The notes beneath the pieces are model-generated. The model had not been told where the DNA came from. It saw only the letters and a program-made list of their open reading frames with translations, and ran no database searches. A DNA stretch of 49,823 nt from Octopus bimaculoides (Eukaryota). The stretch covers positions 16,095,792 through 16,145,614 of the forward strand of contig NC_068996.1 in assembly GCF_001194135.2 (NCBI RefSeq), given 5' to 3'. Shown here piece by piece: positions 24,624-35,171 of the stretch (position 1 is its first letter; each line of letters opens with the position of its first letter). The position numbers and the translations under genes are program-made.

Positions 24624-25704
24624 AGACATCGTCGATACAGTGCGATGGGAAAAGAGAATCACGAACGATATGTACAACATTGTAGACATGGATAAATAAA
24701 ACTGTTTAGGGAATATATATATATACGTAAATATTGAAGAATGGGCTCAACACCCGAATGGTAGATAAAGATCCTTTATTTGTAGATTAAGGCTACAATT
24801 GGTTTCATGTTAAGGAAGCTCTCAACAATTAAGTTTACCACATGCAACGTTGGGTTCATCTCCGATTTGTATTAAATCCATATATATATATATATATATA
24901 TANNNNNNNNNNNNNNNNNNNNNNNNNNNNNNNNNNNNNNNNNNNNNNNNNNNNNNNNNNNNNNNNNNNNNNNNNNNNNNNNNNNNNNNNNNNNNNNNNN
25001 NNNNNNNNNNNNNNNNNNNNNNNNNNNNNNNNNNNNNNNNNNNNNNNNNNNNNNNNNNNNNNNNNNNNNNNNNNNNNNNNNNNNNNNNNNNNNNNNNNNN
25101 NNNNNNNNNNNNNNNNNNNNNNNNNNNNNNNNNNNNNNNNNNNNNNNNNNNNNNNNNNNNNNNNNNNNNNNNNNNNNNNNNNNNNNNNNNNNNNNNNNNN
25201 NNNNNNNNNNNNNNNNNNNNNNNNNNNNNNNNNNNNNNNNNNNNNNNNNNNNNNNNNNNNNNNNNNNNNNNNNNNNNNNNNNNNNNNNNNNNNNNNNNNN
25301 NNNNNNNNNNNNNNNNNNNNNNNNNNNNNNNNNNNNNNNNNNNNNNNNNNNNNNNNNNNNNNNNNNNNNNNNNNNNNNNNNNNNNNNNNNNNNNNNNNNN
25401 NNNNNNNNNNNNNNNNNNNNNNNNNNNNNNNNNNNNNNNNNNNNNNNNNNNNNNNNNNNNNNNNNNNNNNNNNNNNNNNNNNNNNNNNNNNNNNNNNNNN
25501 NNNNNNNNNNNNNNNNNNNNNNNNNNNNNNNNNNNNNNNNNNNNNNNNNNNNNNNNNNNNNNNNNNNNNNNNNNNNNNNNNNNNNNNNNNNNNNNNNNNN
25601 NNNNNNNNNNNNNNNNNNNNNNNNNNNNNNNNNNNNNNNNNNNNNNNNNNNNNNNNNNNNNNNNNNNNNNNNNNNNNNNNNNNNNNNNNNNNNNNNNNNN
25701 NNNN

Positions 25705-25749
<45 letters not shown>

Positions 25750-26721
25750 ATACATATATATATATAATACACCATATAGTGCCGTGAAGACGTGATGTGC
25801 ACAGGTAGCCAGTTAATATAAGGGAGATAACCATTTCTTCATAACATTCGGTGGGATTAAAATTGTGAATATTAAATTGGAGATTGCATAAGAAGATTCA
25901 CAGTATGGATATGCTGAATTTTTTTTTTTTTTACTCATTACAAAAATCATGTTTCTAATCACAGATAATCATGCATCGTGCCATTTCAACGCAAAGTTTA
26001 GTGACAACGAGCTTCGTGGACAATCCAGAGGCGGTGGTGGCTAATAAAACACATTCCCAATCGAATCAGGCTCAGTACGTTTACAGTATCGCTTTGGTCT
26101 ATTATCTTTGTATGTGAAACGGATCTGCTTATACGTGTGTGTACGTGAGAAGATGTACACGCTTGCGTGCGCTATGCGCATGTGTACTAATTTGCATATA
26201 TGTACGTCACACGAAGTACTTGCGTGCCAGTGCATATCTTAAAAGAACGTCTGTTCTGACGTGTTGCTGGATCACTGAAAAAGTCTTATCATTCATGAAG
26301 ACCCTCTGATAACATCGTTACAACAGTTCACCCCGAAAATCTAAGCGATTAGTTTAAAAGTTGAATCGCAAAGAACACAAGAAAAGACGTTGTTATATAA
26401 ATCCATCCCCGACCCAACCCCACATACACACCCGATAAACCTGTGCGTGGTGGTTCGATTTACGAAAAGAATGGCAGCCAAATAACCCTCAAAACACAAG
26501 CACATCTGCCTCTTTCTCTTTTCCCTTCATATATATGCACACACACACACAACGTGTGTATATGTGTATGTGTGTGTGTGTGTGTGTATCTAAATATACA
26601 GAAATATCTAAATATCTCTATATATATCTAAATATATAGAAATATTTATAGATATATGCATACATATACATATGCATGCAGGCATCTATCTATCTATCTA
26701 TCTATCTATCNNNNNNNNNNN

Positions 26722-26779
<58 letters not shown>

Positions 26780-27089
26780 TATCTATGTATATACAAATAT
26801 GCATAGATATATACATAAGCATACACACAAACACACATATATACATACATATGTATGTATGTATATGAACTACGAATAATAAATCAATGACTGCTGAACC
26901 GATTCATTCAAATACCATTTTGCTGTAAAAGATTAAACCCGCTGATATTCAAGGCCAACGACACACTCGCACACACGGAATGTTGTAATTTGCTTATTTA
27001 TAACCAGATATACATAAAACTCACAATTACTTTATATTCGTCTACACATATGCTAACCTTATATATATATGTGTGAGTGTATGTGTATG

Positions 27090-27125
<36 letters not shown>

Positions 27126-27234
27126 ATAGTTTACAAATTTTAGCCTCAAAAGTGTAGTGATAGTGGGTTATATGTCTGTGTGTAGACATGTGTGCGTGCG
27201 CGTGTGTGTGTGTGTGTGTGTGCGTGTGCGCGCG

Positions 27235-27450
27235 CACGTGCCTCCCATCACAGTTTGACGACTAGTATCGGTGTATTTACGTCCCAGTAAAATTAGCGGT
27301 TCGGCAATAGAGACCGATAGAGACCAGGCTTAAGAGGTTTAGAAAAAAAAAACAAAAAAAACAGTCCTGAGTCCCATTCATTCCACTAGGAATTTTTCAA
27401 GGCGGTGCCCCAGCATGGCCGCAGTGTTATGACTGAAACAAGAAAAGGAA
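27235..27450 (+). mobile_element. Family A SINE 3' module
   Basis: tttacgtcccagtaaaattagcggttcggcaatagagaccgatag...aaggcggtgccccagcatggccgcagt...gactgaaacaag. Confidence 0.75.
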
Positions 27451-28069
27451 GGTAAAGAGAAAAATGTTATCCTATCATGCATCCAGCATAAACTTAAGTA
27501 CGTGGTCTGACATGTGTGCGTGCCTTCAAGACCAAACCCCGCCTTCACGACGACCACCACAACCAGCAACAACAACAACCACACCTGTGAAAACCATTAA
27601 CGAAATTTAATAGAGTCGACAGCCATATGTCTAACGAGGCATCCTTTTAATGAAGACCAGTTCTATATCTGTTGCTGATCGCGCACGCGTTAGTTGGTAA
27701 AGATATAAAATTAAGCGCCAGCCGTCTGGTTTACCACTAACACCTCGTCTGACCCCGACCCCCGTACTACCGATTTCCAACACAAAGTCAGAATAACGGT
27801 GGCCCTTTTGAGAAATCAGACCCGCTCGGCGCTGTTGCAGCGAGTGCTGCTGGCCATTCTGCGAGGCAACGCCATCGCGGTCATTACCGCGGGACGCAGC
27901 GGAGAAATGAACCTCCGCAAAGTGGAGAGGTTGTTCAACAAGTATTACTCGTTATTCTCCGCGATAACGCTACCGCTATTCTTCCACTGTCTTAAGACAT
28001 TTTCTGTCACTTGTAAAGACATGCAGCAAAATGTTCTCTCTTCGTTTTTGAGTCCCTATTTCTGAAAGA

Positions 28070-28292
28070 AATCCGGTTTATATGGAGTACAAGTGATCGA
28101 GATTACAACATCGCCACCTGGATAGGACGCCAGTTCATCGCAAGATTATTCACGTTTGCTAGCTGAATGGACTGCAGCAGCAGGAGAGGAAAAGTCTTTT
28201 GCTCAAGAACACAACAAACACAACGCCCCATTCGGAAATCGAAACCACGACCTTACAATCGTGCGTACAACATCTAAACCACTGGGCCACAC
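28070..28292 (-). mobile_element. tRNA-derived SINE with a V-domain-like core (family C)
   Basis: Minus strand: tggcccagtggtttag (A box), ggtttcgatttcc (B box), ttgtgttcttgagcaaaagac, cttgcgatgaactggcgtcctatccagg. A related fragment lies at about 4685-4750. Confidence 0.65.
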
Positions 28293-28357
28293 AACCTCAC
28301 CACTATTAGACAAGAAAGGCATTATTGAGTAATGTGCGAATAAAGGAAGGAATTCAT

Positions 28358-28762
28358 AGTGGCAAGCGTGGCTGTGTGGTAAGAAGCTTGCTTTCCCAAC
28401 CGCAAGATTCCGTGTTCAATTCCACTGTGTGACACCTTGGGCAAGTGTCTACAACTACAAGCTCGGGTTGGCCAAAAGTTTGTGACTGGACTTGGTAAAG
28501 GGAAACTGAAAGAAAACCCGTCTTGTATGTGTATGCGTCTTTATGTCTGTGTCTGTCTGCTACCGCCGATTGTCAACCGGTGTTGACAACGATTCGCGAA
28601 AAGAGACGATACAATAAGTACCAGACTTAACAAAATAAAAATAAAGTAATTTATTAATTAATTAATAAGTACGAGGTCGATAAGCACGACTAAAACTCTC
28701 CAAGACGGTGCCTCAGCATGGGCGCAGTCTAATGACTGAAACAAGTAAAAGAAAATGAAAGA
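28358..28762 (+). mobile_element. Family A SINE, full length and diverged, its tail abutting the Meis 5' splice site
   Basis: gcgtggctgtgtggtaagaagcttgc...gacaccttgggcaagtgtct...gactgaaacaagtaaaagaaaatgaaaga; ends about 4 nt from the intronic donor hexamer (GTGAGT at 28766-28771). Confidence 0.8.
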
Positions 28763-28771
28763 TTTACTCAC

Positions 28772-28848
28772 CAATTATTGACTTGTAAAATGGTAAGTCC
28801 AGTGTCTTGAGCAAGCTGTTTTTTCTGTTCCTCTGATGGATATGGGTG
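28772..28848 (-). CDS. Meis: Meis/homothorax coding exon (TALE loop, helices 2-3), 77 nt, phase 0 in, phase 2 out
   Basis: Minus strand reads ...attttcttgtag|CAC CCA TAT CCA TCA GAG GAA CAG ... GTC AAT AAT TG|gtgagt, translating to HPYPSEEQKKQLAQDTGLTILQVNN(W). In phase with both neighbouring exons. Confidence 0.97.
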
Positions 28849-29014
28849 CTACAAGAAAATCGAAACAATTTTTATTTTTAAAAAATCATATGAAACCATG
28901 CAATTATTCCGTTAGCTTGTTAAAAAGTATTCATAAGTGACAGATGCAGGAATAATACCAAAAGGTAATATTTATGCCCACTAAAAATCGTGGATGTTCT
29001 GTTAGAATAAACTT

Positions 29015-29300
29015 CACCCAGTGCTCATCAACAGGTACTTACTTTATCGACCCCAAAAAGGATAAAAGGCAAAGTCGACTTCAGAACGTAAAGACGGACG
29101 AAATTCCCCCAAGCAATTAACCCGGCACAGTAACGATCATCATCATCATCATCATCATCATCATGAATAATAAGAGTTTCCAATTTTCTGCACAAGGCCA
29201 GCAATTTCGGCGGATGGGGTAAGTTGTTTGCATTGAACTCGGAACGTAAAAGGCAGACTAAATACCATTCAGCATTTTGCCCAGCACATAACGATTCATC
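29015..29300 (-). mobile_element. Two internally deleted family B SINE copies
   Basis: ggtacttactttatcgaccccaaaaaggataaaaggcaaagtcgacttcagaacgtaaagacggacgaaatt, then an (ATC)n spacer and a second copy starting ccaattttctgcacaaggccagcaatttcgg. Confidence 0.7.
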
Positions 29301-30115
29301 CTATAAAAAAATGATGTGTGAAATAAACATCGTGACCGACGATGGTCATGGTTAGAACGCCTTTTGATCGTAGGACTTGGTTAAAAATCAGAGCCGTCCT
29401 GCGGCTAAATAAAAACAACAACGCCGCCGCCGCTGCCGACAACGACAAGAGCAAGCAACCAAATTTATAATCACACACAAGATATGGCAACAATAGCTAA
29501 CCCTATTCAAATATCTCTTAAAATACCACATAACACGGTTCGTTGTAGCAGCCCTTTATTCCATAATTGTGTTAGTGCTTTATACACAGACGCGCGCGCA
29601 AACACACACATATATATATACATACATACACACATATACATATGCTTTGTTATACTAGTTCTTTTTTTTTTTTCCTTTTTCCCTATGAATATCACCCAAA
29701 GGCCCATCCTACCCTATGCATCCCGCCTCTATACAATTCTTTCAGTAGCTCCATTGCAATTATTTTGCCGTGTAAATATGTCGTTATATCTTCGTTTGTT
29801 AATTTTGTGAATTTGCGTTGATTCTGTGTCAAAGGTTAGCAGCCTCACTCACCAAAGTAAACACAATTTGCTGGCGTGAACAAAAAAAAAAAAAAAAAAA
29901 AAAAAGAAAAAGAAAAAAGAAAGAAATTTTTATGCCTGCGTCGAGGGACTTAGCACATGACTGTAGCCAATTTGTGGAAAGCCAGAAGGAAAGCGCGCGC
30001 GCGCACTCACCTTAGACACGCCTTCCCCTTAACACAAATATAGCCTCGTTTACATGAATACATACACACACACATACACGTGCACACTCACATGAGCCAC
30101 AAGAAACGTCATTAA

Positions 30116-30310
30116 CCCTGTAGCATTCAGGCCCGTTCTACCTGTTATGTTTAAACTTGCCAGATCTGGCCTCTTACACCCATCCTACAATGTCAGTTTA
30201 TAAAACAAGCAAATCTCATCATCAAAAGCATACAATAATGCATGATTAATAATAAATCAATGTGAATAAATAAGCATGACATTTGACAGGATAATCCAGA
30301 TACAGAAGGG
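30116..30310. mobile_element. TTAA-flanked MITE (piggyBac-like ends)
   Basis: TTAA(30112-30115)-CCCTGTAGCATT...GATACAGAAGGG-TTAA(30311-30314). Internal sequence homologous to 35497-35671. Confidence 0.75.
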
Positions 30311-30494
30311 TTAAATGGTCGTTCGACACACTAGAAATAATAGCTTAACTCTCCTACAAATCACAATTTGCTGCTTTAAGGATAGATATGTACATCTTCG
30401 GGCGCTTCTCCATTTCCAGGACGCCGCGAAAGTAAAAGTGTTAACCGCTTTTTATAGCATGAAAAACGCAGCTTGGTATTCGAAATGTACTTCT

Positions 30495-30690
30495 ATCTTT
30501 TATCTTATACTTGTTTCAGTCATTGGACTACGGCCATGCTGGGGCACTGCGTTGAAGAATCTTTGGTCGAATGAATCGACCTTTGTACTTCTTTTAAAGC
30601 CTGATACTTATTGTAGTGCTTTCTGTTGCTGAACCTCTAAGTTACGGAGACGTAAACACAACAACACCGGTTGTCAAGCAGTCATAGGTG
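30495..30690 (-). mobile_element. Family A SINE 3' module
   Basis: tcttttatcttatacttgtttcagtcattggactacggccatgctggggcac...gacgtaaacacaacaacaccggttgtcaagc. Confidence 0.8.
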
Positions 30691-32182
30691 ACATACAGAC
30701 ATAGCGCATCTCCCTCGCCATCTTCCGCGCCAACTCCTTTCCCAGTTTGTCAGTTGGGACGATTGAAGCGGTCTGAATGACAGGAAATCCAGAGAACGTA
30801 AGAATTTCGTAACTTACTAAAGTAGTTTTTCATTATATAATTAAGATGTCAAATGCGTTGAGCAGCTCACTACCTTCTCAGTTTTTCTGTCCACCTCACT
30901 TACCTACAAAAGTGCGTTTTACATGCACTTACATGCAAACTATAGCACCCGGTCGAAAATCCATGTTTTCTAGGCCAAAAAGTGAAAGAGCTTGTAACAA
31001 TCGGATTCGACCTTGCGTTTTGCCACATAGAAATCACAAATCGCGAGGGCAAACCCAATGGTTATCCAGTCAACGGCTGTTGTTCATATGATTGCTCGGT
31101 GGCTCGTCTAGACTCTCCGTGAACACACTCTATAAATGCAGTCAGATTTACCGCCAATTGGACAGTGTCACAGACGTCAGAACTGCCAGGACGTTGTCTA
31201 CTCGTGCCATCTTCAGAGTGATTGGATCTCTCATTGACGTCAACTCTCTTCATAGCTGTTTTCACAGTTAGGAGCGATCGAAGACACACCACGGCACCGT
31301 GAAAATGCATTTGGTGTGTAAAAATTAGACTCTCTGCACGTGTCATATACGTTGTCTGTATGTTTCTTTGCTTGCTTTAATGAATACCGCAATTAATGTA
31401 ACAAGAAATTATGTTCTAAGAACGTGTTGCAATTGAGGACCACCAACGATGAAGAAACCATTTCTGCAATATGTAACTATTAAGAAACGAAAAATAAAAA
31501 CCAATCATATTAGAATATAGACGAGATAAGATACTTCTACAAAAAGCAAATTTAATGCTCTCATTATTTATATCCGATTCACCAAATATTCGTTAATTCG
31601 TTTATAAATAGCATGAATAAAGCAAAGGTATCAGGTGCCCAAGAGTATTGAACATTAATAGATGACAGAATAATTAACGGTTAATTACACGAGACAATTA
31701 CTTTTCTGCAAAATCATAGCCTCTTATATCACAAACTGATTTAGTATTGATGGTGATAACGATACGAAATTTTTACTGAAGGTCTGCACCGTGTAAATGG
31801 ATATATTTGAAGATTTAGCAAAAGAGATTGTCGAAGGAAATAACCATCGAGAAATGATACATGTTTCCAAGGAAAACTATCCCATATTGAAGTAATAAAT
31901 CTATTCGTTTATTAGACACATGACATGGCTAGCATGAAAGTAATATCGTTTGAATATCAACTGGCTTCAGACTGGAACGCACTGGAATTTGCGTAAAAAG
32001 ATGAGATAAGATAAACTAAATATAACTCATTACCGCGTACAATTAAATTTTTTAATTGGGTTTATTTTAGGTTCTAATACCTGGAGACTGGACGACACGT
32101 AGTATCCTTGAGCATGTTATTGTATTTTAGTTGCTTCAATTTACGGAATATATATATAATATACACATATATATATGCACAC

Positions 32183-32352
32183 ACGGCGGGCTTCTTTCAG
32201 TTTCCGTTTTCTAAATTCACTCACAAGGCTCTGATTCGGCTCGAGGCTATTTTAGCAGAGGACACTTGCCCAAGGTGCTACGCAGTGGAACGGAACCCAG
32301 AACCATATGGTTGAGAAGCAAACGTCTTGTAACACAGCCATTCTTGTGCCTA
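32183..32352 (-). mobile_element. Family A SINE head and CORE-like part
   Basis: acggcgggcttctttcagtttccg...gacacttgcccaaggtgctacgcagtggaacggaacccagaacc. Confidence 0.8.
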
Positions 32353-32952
32353 TATATACATATGCGTGTGTGCGTGTGCGTGCGTGCGTGCGTGTGTGTG
32401 TGTGTGTGTGTNNNNNNNNNNNNNNNNNNNNNNNNNNNNNNNNNNNNNNNNNNNNNNNNNNNNNNNNNNNNNNNNNNNNNNNNNNNNNNNNNNNNNNNNN
32501 NNNNNNNNNNNNNNNNNNNNNNNNNNNNNNNNNNNNNNNNNNNNNNNNNNNNNNNNNNNNNNNNNNNNNNNNNNNNNNNNNNNNNNNNNNNNNNNNNNNN
32601 NNNNNNNNNNNNNNNNNNNNNNNNNNNNNNNNNNNNNNNNNNNNNNNNNNNNNNNNNNNNNNNNNNNNNNNNNNNNNNNNNNNNNNNNNNNNNNNNNNNN
32701 NNNNNNNNNNNNNNNNNNNNNNNNNNNNNNNNNNNNNNNNNNNNNNNNNNNNNNNNNNNNNNNNNNNNNNNNNNNNNNNNNNNNNNNNNNNNNNNNNNNN
32801 NNNNNNNNNNNNNNNNNNNNNNNNNNNNNNNNNNNNNNNNNNNNNNNNNNNNNNNNNNNNNNNNNNNNNNNNNNNNNNNNNNNNNNNNNNNNNNNNNNNN
32901 NNNNNNNNNNNNNNNNNNNNNNNNNNNNNNNNNNNNNNNNNNNNNNNNNNNN

Positions 32953-33021
<69 letters not shown>

Positions 33022-34112
33022 ACAAAGACGTTTTTCTTTTCCTGCCAGTAAAAGACTTGACAGTGATGGGTAAGACGCTAAAGTCCTGTAATTTTTAACT
33101 GAGTTTTTCTGATTATTTTAATCTGGATTTCATGAAGTCAACGATATCCTTTGTTAAACACTTTGCTCTGTCTAGCAGAAAATGGGGGTGGGGCGCGAGG
33201 AAGTGACATAAAGAAAGTGAGAGGAAGGAAGGGAGAGAAGGGGGAGGAAGAGGAGGAGGAGGTAGAGAAAGAAAAGGAAGAAGAAGGAGAAAGAGGTGAC
33301 AAAGAAGAAAGGGAACATGTTATTCACATACAGAATCTGAAAAGAAACAGTGACGGGCACAATTTAATCCGTTGTTTGATAGGAGAAAAGACCTATGATA
33401 TTTCGAGGTTTCTTTGACGAGCCAATAGGAGAGAGAGAGAGCTTTTTTGCGTACTCAGCTGCTTGGTTGGAAATAACAGCCATATGTCTTCCATCGTCTT
33501 AGAAAGGAAGGACATATTAAAGGAGGCAATCTATATCCGATAAAATAATGGAAGGTTTACAGCTGGAACAGTTTGATACTTCAGAAGTAACATCTATCCC
33601 CACTTAAAAAGTGGATGTTCTCTTAGAACAAACTATACTTTGGTAGATATCACGAGAGAAGTTCCTATCTTGACTTTTACTACAAAATGCACTTTTGTTT
33701 ACATCACTGGCAGGGGGAGATAAATCCCTACCACCTCAAGCACCCAGACCACCAGATAACATGATTTTGATCTTTCTTGGTCTTGTCAACTTGACCATTA
33801 CAGATAGCAGTGATTTACCCCACCCCCACCCCAGCAATACATAGAACTACAAAAGGTAAATATTTATTCTTGCTTACACATGGATGTACTGTTAGAACAA
33901 ACTATACTGTGGTAGTTGGCATGAGAGGAAGTCTCATATTCGCTCTTACACATTTGTTTATATTGCTAAAGGGGAGATAAATTGCTGCCATCTTCAATGA
34001 ATATAAGACAGGATGGTCACAGGTGTAACATCTTTAACCGTAGGTCTAGTGGACTGACTCTGACCTGTGACAACAACAACAACATTATTTAATAACTAAA
34101 ATACACACTTAC

Positions 34113-34261
34113 TGTTAAATGTTGAAATAACCAAGCTCTCATTATATTGGTGGCAACTTTGGGAAATATCCCTCGCTTCTTTTGTCTTTTAGGGTTCCTG
34201 TCTTCTGATTCTTCGTCTGCAGTTCCTTCACCTGAACCAATACTGTTGTCGAGCCCATCAC
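34113..34261 (-). CDS. Meis: Meis/homothorax coding exon (acidic linker plus homeodomain helix 1), 149 nt, phase 1 in, phase 0 out
   Basis: Minus strand reads ...ttcttaattag|GT GAT GGG CTC GAC AAC ... CAA CAT TTA ACA|gtaagt. Translation (G)[49 protein letters not shown] matches the Meis/Hth homeodomain N-terminus. Pknox differs here (GVLPKHATNVMRSW). Confidence 0.97.
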
Positions 34262-34442
34262 CTAATTAAGAAGGCAGAATAAAAGTTTAATTGAAAACAA
34301 AAGACAAAAAAAACTTAAGTTAAAAGCTTAGTTGTAAGACCTACACAGACAGGAATACAATACTTAATGAAATCACACTTCAATAGTTCTTAACTTAAAA
34401 ACATTAATTGGTCTGTATCAACATCATCATCATCATCATTAA

Positions 34443-34886
34443 TAAGGCAGCAAACTGGCAGATTGTTAGCACGTTGAGCAAATATACTTTGCAGTATTTT
34501 GTCCGTCTTTACATTATTCTGAGTTCAAATTTCACCAAGGTCAACTCTGCCCTTCATCTTTTTGGGGATCAATAAAATCAAGATCACTGGAGTCGATGTA
34601 AAAGACTTTGCCCCATTCCCACAAACTTGCTGACCTTGTGCCAAAATTTGAAATCAATATTATCATCATCACCATATTATTACTATTACTATTATTATTA
34701 TTGTTATTATTATTATTACCATCAAGATGGTGAGCTAGCAGAACTGTTAGCACACCAGGCAAAATGTCTGGCAGCATTTCATCCTTGCTTACATTCTCAG
34801 TCCAAATTTATTGAGGTCAATGCAATCAACGTACCCTTTCCCCTGAAATTACTGGCCTTGTGCCAAAATTTGAAACCATTAATATA

Positions 34887-34933
<47 letters not shown>

Positions 34934-35135
34934 GGCAGTGAGCTGGTAGAATTGTTAGCATGCCAGGCAAAATGTTTAGTGGCATTTCATCCTTCAAATT
35001 CTGTCGAGGTCAACTTTGCCTGTCATCCTTTCAGGGTCGATAAATTAAGAACCAGTGAAACACTGGGGTTGATGTAATCAACTATCTCTCTCCCCCAATG
35101 TTTCAGGCCTTGTGCTTATAGTAGAAAGAATTATT
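34443..35135 (+). mobile_element. Head-to-tail array of three family B SINEs separated by (ATT)n
   Basis: Heads aaggcagcaaactggcaga (about 34443), atggtgagctagcaga (about 34727) and aaggcagtgagctggtaga (about 34931). Shared B-box-like gagttcaaatt and the motif ctttgcctgtcatcctttcagggtcgataaattaagaaccag. Confidence 0.85.
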
Positions 35136-35140
35136 ATTAC

Positions 35141-35171
<31 letters not shown>

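Noticed and set aside
28061-28075. Minus-strand acceptor atttctttcag that would give VNN-TGA (homeodomain truncated before WFIN)
   Set aside because: Short pyrimidine tract at the edge of a SINE; cannot be supported without junction reads.
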